This document shows, piece after piece, positions 56,917 to 64,000 of a stretch of DNA of 64,000 nt. The notes beneath the pieces were generated by a model. The model ran no database searches and was not told the origin of the DNA. It was given only the letters and a program-made list of their open reading frames with translations. Numbering within the stretch: position 1 is the first letter of the stretch; every line of letters starts with the position of its first letter. A program made the position numbers and the translations under genes. The stretch comes from a virus. Taxonomy: Duplodnaviria > Caudoviricetes. The stretch covers positions 1 through 64,000 of the IMG/VR virus record IMGVR_UViG_3300001528_000621; one strand, given 5' to 3'.

Positions 56917-59295
56917 ATGTTTGAAGGAATAATTAAGGACTATACCATAGTCGATACAAAAGAGAAGGTAGAAGCTCTTATAGAGCATATCGGAAATCAT
57001 GGAACCGATCCAAACAACGTATACGATGTTATTGCATTCGATACAGAGGATACAGGACTAAATGTTAGAAAAGACAGAGTTATCGGTTTTTCGGTTTGTG
57101 CTGAAGTAGGTAAAAGCTTTTATTTTCCTATCCTAAACTGGGATCCAAAACAGGAAAAGCTTGTAGAACCTGTAATTGGAGGACGAGGAGCAATTTCTAT
57201 AGGCTTAAAGATTCTAGAGATCTTAAGTCGTAGAAAACTTGTGATGCATAATGGAGATTATGACTGTAGAATCATAAAGCATAGTCTTGGAATAGACCTA
57301 TTACCGGCACTTTATGCTGAAAATATGCTTGTAATCCATACAGTTCAGGAGGAAGGAGCAGGACGAGGAGGAGCTGAAATTTTTGGACTTAAGAAAGTAG
57401 CTATAGCTATTCAGGACAAGGTTGGTCTTGATGTAGAGAAAGCAGCTAATGAAGAGCAGATAGAACTTCGAGCATCAATTCAGAAAAATGGAGGAGCTAT
57501 TTCTAAAGCTCATTATGAAATATATAAAGCGGATTACGAGATTCTAGGAAAGTATGCAGCTGCAGATACAGATTTAACTCTTCGAGAGTACATCTACTAT
57601 ATGCAGAAATTAGTAGCTGAAGGAATGGAAAAGTTCTTCTTTGAGGATGAAGTAATGCCACTTTACAAGGAGGTTACGATTCCTATGGAAGATCACGGAA
57701 TTGCTCTTGACATCCCTCTACTAGAAAAAACAAAAGCTGACATTATTGAAGACATGGAGAAGCAGAAGAAAGCTGTAGTTGAAGCTCTTCTGAAAGATGA
57801 ACCGGGTCAGAGATGGGTAATAGACCAAGCTGTAAGTACGTTTCCTTGTAAGAAGACAGGAGCTTGGGCAACAGCTTTTGTTGAAAGGTATTCATTACCT
57901 TTACCAAAATCAGAGAAAACAGGAAAATATTCAATTACAAAAGCAAACATAGCAGCTCTAGACGATTGTTGGCAAAAGCAGTTTCTAGAGACAGGTGATG
58001 AGTCTTTAGTTCCTGAAAAAGAACGAGTAAGGATATCGCTAGCTTTGTGGAAAGATATAAACGATGGGGATTACTTTAACGTTCAATCTTCTAAGCAGTT
58101 AGCAGATATCGTATTTAAGTACTATGGAGAAAAGCCACCAAAGATAAGTGAAAAAGGACAAGAAGCGTTCGATGGAGCTGTAATTCAGGAACTTTCTAAA
58201 AAGTATGAATGGGTGGAGAGTCTTAGAATCTATAGAAAGCTTCAGAAAATTAAGACAACGTACATTGATAGGTTCTTGGATGGACAGGAAGATGGAAGAT
58301 ATTACTTCTATTTTAAGCAGCATGGAACGGTTTCAGGACGGTATGCTTCTGATGCTCAACAGCTTCCAAAACCGATGGAGGATGAACAGGATGTACCTCT
58401 CGTAGTTAAGTATAATCATCTAGTAAGAGCTTTTTTGATTGCAGGTCCGGGTAGAAAGTTCGTGGACGCTGACTACGAATCACTAGAACCGCATTGTTTT
58501 GCCTCGGTTTCCGGAGATGAAGGTCTTAGAGATATTTTTAGACACGGTTGGGACTTCTATTCAACTATTGCTATTAAGACTGAAAAACTGGACGAAGACA
58601 GAAAGAAGTATCCGAACGGTGTTTCTGCAGATAAGAAAGCTGATAACTTTCTTAAGAAAATAGATCCGGTAAAGAGACAAACAGCGAAGGGCTACGCATT
58701 AGGTGTACCATACGGAATGTCCGGATTTGCTCTAGGTAAGAGACTTAATATGCCGACCAAACAAGCACAAGCTCTTGTAGATGGCTATTTGAACGGATTT
58801 CCGCAGCTTAAAGAGTGGTACAATGGTTCTCGTGAATTTGCATATAAGAACGGATACATCAAAACTCTTGTTGGAAGAACTAGACATCTACCACAACTTA
58901 AAGAGATTTACGAGACTTTTGGTTTGAATATCATGGATTACAAATACCGTGAACAACTGGTTCAAGACGGTATTTGTTCTCGAGAAGACATCGACAAAGT
59001 GTATGCTGAATTCAAAAATTCACGTAATAACTGTCTGAATTTTCAGCTGCAGAGTCTCGGTGCAAGTGTAGTAGGTAGAGCAGCTGTAGCAATAACGCGA
59101 AAAATGCGAGAGCTTGGAATGGACGGGTGGGTGTGTGCACAGGTGCATGACCAATTGATTCTCAATGTGTCAGAGAAGGATGCAGAGGTAATTAAACCGT
59201 GGATGGAAAAGCTAATGGCAGAGACAACAATACTGCCGGGAGTAGAGTTAAGAGCACCAGCTGAGATCGGAGACAATATGGCGGAGACCCATTAG
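56917..59295 (+). CDS. Family-A DNA polymerase with 3'-5' exonuclease (start corrected to ATG 56917)
   Basis: AFDTEDTG, HNGDYD, YAAAD, TVSGR, motif A DADYESLE, motif B RQTAKGYALGVPYG, motif C QVHDQL. Confidence 0.92.
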   Translation: MFEGIIKDYTIVDTKEKVEALIEHIGNHGTDPNNVYDVIAFDTEDTGLNVRKDRVIGFSVCAEVGKSFYFPILNWDPKQEKLVEPVIGGRGAISIGLKILEILSRRKLVMHNGDYDCRIIKHSLGIDLLPALYAENMLVIHTVQEEGAGRGGAEIFGLKKVAIAIQDKVGLDVEKAANEEQIELRASIQKNGGAISKAHYEIYKADYEILGKYAAADTDLTLREYIYYMQKLVAEGMEKFFFEDEVMPLYKEVTIPMEDHGIALDIPLLEKTKADIIEDMEKQKKAVVEALLKDEPGQRWVIDQAVSTFPCKKTGAWATAFVERYSLPLPKSEKTGKYSITKANIAALDDCWQKQFLETGDESLVPEKERVRISLALWKDINDGDYFNVQSSKQLADIVFKYYGEKPPKISEKGQEAFDGAVIQELSKKYEWVESLRIYRKLQKIKTTYIDRFLDGQEDGRYYFYFKQHGTVSGRYASDAQQLPKPMEDEQDVPLVVKYNHLVRAFLIAGPGRKFVDADYESLEPHCFASVSGDEGLRDIFRHGWDFYSTIAIKTEKLDEDRKKYPNGVSADKKADNFLKKIDPVKRQTAKGYALGVPYGMSGFALGKRLNMPTKQAQALVDGYLNGFPQLKEWYNGSREFAYKNGYIKTLVGRTRHLPQLKEIYETFGLNIMDYKYREQLVQDGICSREDIDKVYAEFKNSRNNCLNFQLQSLGASVVGRAAVAITRKMRELGMDGWVCAQVHDQLILNVSEKDAEVIKPWMEKLMAETTILPGVELRAPAEIGDNMAETH

Positions 59296-59361
59296 TCTAA
59301 TTTTAAGTATTTTTTACTTTTAGTTTTGACTACTTATTCTAGGATTTACTTACGGAATGAG

Positions 59362-60462
59362 ATGAACTACTATACGTACAAATTAACTTTAAAAAGAGAT
59401 CCTAGATACTATTACTACGGTGTACATAGGACAGAAAGGCTACCGGAAGAGGACAGGTATTTCGGATCTGGAAGAGGAATTCAAGAACTCAAACAGCTTT
59501 ATGGATCTGATTGTTTTGAAAAAGAAATACTCTCTATTCAGAACTCCAGAAAAGAATCTCTTATAGAAGAGGAAAAGCTTGTAGGTAATTTGTGGAAAAC
59601 AGATCCATTTTGTCTCAACAGGATGCCTGGAGGAGCCTTTAAAAGTAAGTTTGATACAACGGGGCTGATTACCTACCATAAAGGAAATAAAGTTCGGTAT
59701 ATTAGACCAGAATCTACTCGCCATTTTGAAGAGCAAGGATGGATTAAGGGAATACCGGAAAGTAGGGCTGAAACTATTAGGCGGTATATCACCGTAAGTA
59801 AAGGCGGCACTGAAAAGAGGATTTTACCGGAGGATTTAGGTAAATGGGAACAAGAAAGTTGGGTTAAAGGTAGAGCAGACAAATATATTCAGGAACTTAA
59901 ATCTAGAATACCTGTTACAGACGGAGTTCACTCTAAAAGCATACATAGTGGTTCTCTTCAACACTACCTAAATCAGGGTTGGAAAATTGGACATTCTGGT
60001 GAACACACAAAAAGGAGTGCAGAATGGAATAAAGGTACAGTGTATGTTTTTAGGAACGGTGTTTCTACTAAGGTCAAAAAAGAAAATCTTCAAAAATACC
60101 TCAACGACGGATGGCAGAAAGGTAATTTAGCTACAAGAAAGCCTAGATCCCAAGAACTTCGGGAACTTTCTAGAAAAGCACAAAAAGGTCGTATTTGGAT
60201 AAAAAAAGGAACAGAATGTAAAAAGATTTGGCCTTCAGAGTTGAAAAACTATCCTGATTGGGAAAGAGGAAGATTAAGCACACCGGACACAACCGGGTAC
60301 CGGTGGATTAACAATGGTCAAGAAAGTAGAACAGTAAAGTTAGGAGATCTTCAAAAATACCTCGATACTGGGTGGCAAAAAGGGAAAGGATTTAAAGTAG
60401 GCTCAACAAGTTCTCTAGGCCGGAGTACAACTTTTAAGCAGACACCTCTTTACTTAACATAG
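59362..60462 (+). CDS. GIY-YIG (Seg-like) homing endonuclease with repeated DNA-binding modules
   Basis: YYTYKL..YYYGVH, YFGSG, CLN; six repeats ending GWIKG, SWVKG, GWKIG, GWQKG, DWERG, GWQKG. Confidence 0.8.
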   Translation: MNYYTYKLTLKRDPRYYYYGVHRTERLPEEDRYFGSGRGIQELKQLYGSDCFEKEILSIQNSRKESLIEEEKLVGNLWKTDPFCLNRMPGGAFKSKFDTTGLITYHKGNKVRYIRPESTRHFEEQGWIKGIPESRAETIRRYITVSKGGTEKRILPEDLGKWEQESWVKGRADKYIQELKSRIPVTDGVHSKSIHSGSLQHYLNQGWKIGHSGEHTKRSAEWNKGTVYVFRNGVSTKVKKENLQKYLNDGWQKGNLATRKPRSQELRELSRKAQKGRIWIKKGTECKKIWPSELKNYPDWERGRLSTPDTTGYRWINNGQESRTVKLGDLQKYLDTGWQKGKGFKVGSTSSLGRSTTFKQTPLYLT

Positions 60463-60531
60463 AGCAACAGTTGAAAGTATCTAACATTCTTTTTATTATA
60501 AAGCATATTAAAAATTAAACATAAGTACGAA

Positions 60532-60849
60532 ATGATTAAAGCAATTCATCCACTAAACGATAGGGTTTTGATTAAACCTATCGATGCAGGAGAAAGACGT
60601 CGGGGAGCGATTATTATCGCAGATACGGGACAGGAAAAGCCAGAACTCGGAACCGTTGTTGAGATAGGTCCTGGACGAAAGACAGAATTTGGTATAGTGA
60701 TAGAGCAGTCAGATTTTCAGCTCAATGTTGGTGATACAGTCTTGATACCGAAGATAGGTACAATCAGAACAGAGATTGATGGAGAGGAATATTACTTGAC
60801 TCCATTTAAGGAAATTCTAGCAAAGATTGATTATACAGAAGAGAACTAA
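60532..60849 (+). CDS. groES: Co-chaperonin GroES
   Basis: PLNDRVLIK, GAIII, EKP..GTVVEIGPG, VGDTVL. Confidence 0.95.
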   Translation: MIKAIHPLNDRVLIKPIDAGERRRGAIIIADTGQEKPELGTVVEIGPGRKTEFGIVIEQSDFQLNVGDTVLIPKIGTIRTEIDGEEYYLTPFKEILAKIDYTEEN

Positions 60850-60855
60850 TAGGGT

Positions 60856-62490
60856 ATGCAGAAAATTTCATATAACGTAGAAGCACGAGAGAAGCTTAAA
60901 AAGGGCGTAAACACACTAGCTAATGTTGTAGGTTCAACTCTCGGACCTTCAGGTCATAGTGTCATTCTTGACCTTAATCCGGGAAATCCGGTTGCCACAA
61001 AAGACGGTGTTACGGTAGCAAAAGCTATTAAAGCTGACGATTACGAGGAGAATACTGGTATTCAGATGCTTAAACAGGCGTCTATGCAGACAGCAGATGA
61101 AGCTGGAGATGGTACGACTACAGCTACAATACTAGCAGCTAAGATGTTTAATGCTGGTATTGAGAGAGGAAACCGAAAAGGTTACAATTCTGTAGAGGTT
61201 AAGAAGGGAATGGAATGTGCTCTTAATGCTGTCGTAAACTACATTAAGGACAACATTTCCAAGCCTGTAACTAACGTAGATCAGCTCTATCAGATAGCTA
61301 CAATCTCAGCTAACGGAGATAAGGAAATTGGACAGCTTGTAGGTAAAGCACTTGACGAAGCTGGACTTGATGGAGCAGTTACAGTTGAAGAGTCTAAGAC
61401 CGGGGAAACATATCTCGATGTTGTAGAAGGAATTCAGTTCAATCAGGGATACAAGTCACCATATCTCGTAACAGACAATGAGACGATGACAGCTGTTCTT
61501 GATGATGTTCTGATTCTTTTTGCAGATCAGAAACTTAATGACATTAAACCTCTCATACCTGTCTTGAACGCAGTTGCATCTTCAGACAAGTCTCTTCTCA
61601 TTGTAGCAGAGGACATTGGAGGTGAGGTTATTTCAACTCTCGTAGTAAATAAGATCAGAGCTGGACTTAAGGTTGCTGCTGTAAAAGCTCCTGAATTTGG
61701 AGATAGGAGAAAAGCTGCTCTTGAGGATATGGCCATTCTTACCGGAGGTGCAGTTGTGTCGCCAGACAAGGGTATGAGAATTGACAAGTTCGATCAGAAC
61801 TGGTTTGGTACAGCTAAGAAGGTTACAATTTCTCGAGATACTACAACCATTATCGGAGCTGAGGGAAATGTAGATGACATTAAGAAGAGAGTTGATGAGA
61901 TTAAGAGTCAGATTGACGCAGCTACATCAACTTACGATAAGGAAAATCTACAGGCTCGACTTGCTAGGTTTGCAGGGGGCGTTTCGGTTATGTACGTCGG
62001 AGGTCACACCGAGGTTGAGATGAAGGAAAAGAAAGATCGTGTAGACGATGCTCTTCATGCAACTCGAGCAGCTCTTGAGGAAGGTATTTGTCCAGGAGGA
62101 GGTAGAGCTCTTCAGGTAGCTTCTAGTTACGTATCCGACATTAAAAAGGGTTCACCGGACTTTGAGTTCGGAAAAGAACTTGTGCTTGAGGCGTGTAAAT
62201 ATCCATTTATCAAGATTCTCGAGAATGTAGGATACTCAGAGGAAGAGGTTACAGAAAAGGTACAGAGAGCTGAAGCTACTGAAGATCCTTGGACATCATT
62301 CAACGCAGCTACAGAATGGTGGGTGCAGATGCTTGATTCTGGTGTGATAGATCCTACAAAGGTTATCAGGCTTGCACTTAAGAATGCTGTATCTGTAGTG
62401 TCTACAATGCTTACGTCAGAGGCTCTTGTAGTCAATGTTCCTGACAAAAAGGACAATATAGGACCAGGATATGATCCATCAGTTCTATAG
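60856..62490 (+). CDS. groEL: Chaperonin GroEL
   Basis: TLGP.G, TKDGVTVAK, AGDGTTTAT, KAPEFGDRRK, KDRVDDALHATRAA.EEG, GVIDP. Confidence 0.97.
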   Translation: MQKISYNVEAREKLKKGVNTLANVVGSTLGPSGHSVILDLNPGNPVATKDGVTVAKAIKADDYEENTGIQMLKQASMQTADEAGDGTTTATILAAKMFNAGIERGNRKGYNSVEVKKGMECALNAVVNYIKDNISKPVTNVDQLYQIATISANGDKEIGQLVGKALDEAGLDGAVTVEESKTGETYLDVVEGIQFNQGYKSPYLVTDNETMTAVLDDVLILFADQKLNDIKPLIPVLNAVASSDKSLLIVAEDIGGEVISTLVVNKIRAGLKVAAVKAPEFGDRRKAALEDMAILTGGAVVSPDKGMRIDKFDQNWFGTAKKVTISRDTTTIIGAEGNVDDIKKRVDEIKSQIDAATSTYDKENLQARLARFAGGVSVMYVGGHTEVEMKEKKDRVDDALHATRAALEEGICPGGGRALQVASSYVSDIKKGSPDFEFGKELVLEACKYPFIKILENVGYSEEEVTEKVQRAEATEDPWTSFNAATEWWVQMLDSGVIDPTKVIRLALKNAVSVVSTMLTSEALVVNVPDKKDNIGPGYDPSVL

Positions 62491-62947
62491 GTATGACATT
62501 AACCTAGAAAACTATCAATATCGAGAGATCCCTCAGGCCATAGTTCCGTATGAGAAGAGGTTTGAGAGATCTCTTTCTACCGAAATCAAACGCTTTCAGA
62601 AAGAGTTAAATTGGACTGAAATGTGGACGATACCGGAAGTTTATTCTAGGTTAGAAAATGGATACCATTTCTGGGTACTTAGACCTAAAAATCAGATCAA
62701 AGGATGGATTTGGTTAGCTCCAGACGGAGAAATCAAAAATGCATATGTTTCTAAATGGTTGCGAAATCAAGGTTGGTATAGACATCTAACTTACCAAGCT
62801 TTAAATGAAGCTCTAGATTTGGATAGAGACACAGTCTACCTACGTATAGACATTTGGAACGAACCATCAAAGAGGTCTATAGAACAAATACTTGAAAGAA
62901 TAAGTTGTAAATCAAAAATCAGTAAAATAGAAGAATCGTATGAATAA
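62471..62947 (+). CDS. GNAT-like acetyltransferase
   Basis: AYVSKWLRNQGW, IDIWNEPS. Confidence 0.6.
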   Translation: MIHQFYRYDINLENYQYREIPQAIVPYEKRFERSLSTEIKRFQKELNWTEMWTIPEVYSRLENGYHFWVLRPKNQIKGWIWLAPDGEIKNAYVSKWLRNQGWYRHLTYQALNEALDLDRDTVYLRIDIWNEPSKRSIEQILERISCKSKISKIEESYE

Positions 62948-63188
62948 GCTAGGAACACCGAAATTTGGACTAAACGACACTGAGGCTGTTAAGTGTGAAG
63001 CATGTGGAGGAGAGGTTTTTGAGGAAGGTTTGATGCTTCGAAAGGTTTCTGCTCTTTTGACAGGAACAGGACAGCCAGGAATTGTACCGGTACCGGTCTT
63101 TATGTGTGCAAAATGTGGACATATTAATAAGGAATTTTTGCCGGTAGGGCACGAAGATAAGGAGTCTAATGGAAACCTCAACCTTTAA
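62940..63188 (+). CDS. Small Zn-ribbon protein
   Basis: CEACG...CAKCGH. Confidence 0.65.
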   Translation: MNKLGTPKFGLNDTEAVKCEACGGEVFEEGLMLRKVSALLTGTGQPGIVPVPVFMCAKCGHINKEFLPVGHEDKESNGNLNL

Positions 63189-63519
63189 GCAGACTCTTCG
63201 TTACGTTCTTGTAGGTATTTGCGTACTTTGTGTAGCTGCTCTCATTTTCTTCGGTGGGACTAGGTATCAGAAAAGCAAGATAACGCCTGCAGAAAAATAC
63301 TTACAAAACCAGGTAGAGGTTGTTATAAAGCAAGTAAAGTACTGGAGAGAGGAGTATGATGGTCTTTTGAAAGAGAAGGAGATTCTACTCAATAGGATAG
63401 ACTCACTAGAAACGTGTCTTAAGGACCACAATAAAAACTACAATGAAAAAGTTACTACTATTATGTCTTACTCTAGTCCTAAGCTTGAACGCTTTTTCAC
63501 AGAACGTTACAGAAATTAA
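63169..63519 (+). CDS. Membrane-anchored coiled-coil protein (possible spanin-like)
   Basis: N-terminal TM segment then heptads. Confidence 0.45.
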   Translation: METSTFKQTLRYVLVGICVLCVAALIFFGGTRYQKSKITPAEKYLQNQVEVVIKQVKYWREEYDGLLKEKEILLNRIDSLETCLKDHNKNYNEKVTTIMSYSSPKLERFFTERYRN

Positions 63520-63868
63520 GGATACAAGCCACATTATACTATCTACAGAGATAGCTAGGAAGGTAGCTGTTGACTTAGTGGAAGGAGATAAAGCTAAGGA
63601 GGAAGTAAAGATTCTAAAATCAGAAAATCTTACTCTAAAACAAATAGTAGCCCTGCAGGATACCTTAGGTATCATAAAGGAGAATGAGATTGCAGATCTA
63701 TATAAACTACTTGAGTTAAACTCTGTTCAAACTAAGGGATACCTTGAGGAAACCGATAGATTGAACAAAGAGCTAGGCAAGCAGTGCAAACTAAAGACTA
63801 TGTTTGAAGTTACTACAGGAGTAGCTACATTGGGTTTAATAATCTCGTTAATTTTAGGAGGAAGGTAA
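63443..63868 (+). CDS. Secreted coiled-coil protein with C-terminal hydrophobic segment (possible spanin-like partner)
   Basis: Signal peptide MKKLLLLCLTLVLSLNAFS; overlaps the previous gene by 77 nt. Confidence 0.45.
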   Translation: MKKLLLLCLTLVLSLNAFSQNVTEIKDTSHIILSTEIARKVAVDLVEGDKAKEEVKILKSENLTLKQIVALQDTLGIIKENEIADLYKLLELNSVQTKGYLEETDRLNKELGKQCKLKTMFEVTTGVATLGLIISLILGGR

Positions 63869-64000
63869 ATGGCCATATATGTTGGAAATAAGAGCCAAAG
63901 CTCTAGACCTGAGGATTCAGTATCAACGCAGCCGCAGGAGACAGATGAAACAAGAATGACGTCCTGGGCTGTATTTGCAAACAAGTATCCAAATCTTGCA
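63869..64000 (+). CDS. Start of a CDS running off the window (MAIYVGNKSQSS...)
   Basis: ATG immediately after the preceding TAA; open to the end of the window. Confidence 0.55.
   Translation, partial: MAIYVGNKSQSSRPEDSVSTQPQETDETRMTSWAVFANKYPNLA

Noticed and set aside
59296-60462. Group I intron in the DNA polymerase gene
   Set aside because: The polymerase is complete through motif C and stops before the endonuclease gene, which is free-standing
1-64000. Stop-codon reassignment
   Set aside because: Conserved genes are intact under the standard code, and TAA, TAG and TGA all end genes at sensible positions
1-64000. tRNA/rRNA genes, integrase, host chromosome
   Set aside because: None recognised by eye; intergenic gaps are short and gene content is phage-like throughout (tRNAscan-SE would confirm)

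Overview
A 64-kb, AT-rich, almost entirely + strand segment of a large lytic myovirus (contractile-tail phage), probably infecting an anaerobic Bacteroidota host (inferred from anaerobic RNR, a TAnnTTTA promoter-like motif and the tail-fibre family style). Order: end of a tail-fibre module (1-1946); a ~17-kb island of glycosyltransferase-like, radical-SAM and sugar-phosphate genes (3046-20453); an unusual locus at 20.5-23.7 kb; tail morphogenesis (sheath, tube, tape measure, baseplate; 23853-40308) with two free-standing homing-endonuclease-like genes; nrdDG; replication/recombination genes (two family-A polymerases, SSB, RecA/UvsX, 5'-3' exonuclease, helicase); a possible base-modification cluster; groES/groEL. 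Main discovery: a shufflon-like multiple-inversion system. Four exact copies of a 31-bp repeat (GCGCAGGCATACATCTCTATAGAACATAATT; +,-,+,-) each encode the last ten residues (AQAYISIEHN) of an intein-like Hint domain. Each copy is followed in frame by a different C-terminal module (69, 149, 53, 75 aa; three Cys-rich). Inversion would swap which module is fused to a single ATP-grasp-like + Hint protein, which is predicted to cut the module off autocatalytically. No site-specific recombinase is recognisable in the window. All family assignments come from motif recognition by eye, not database searches.
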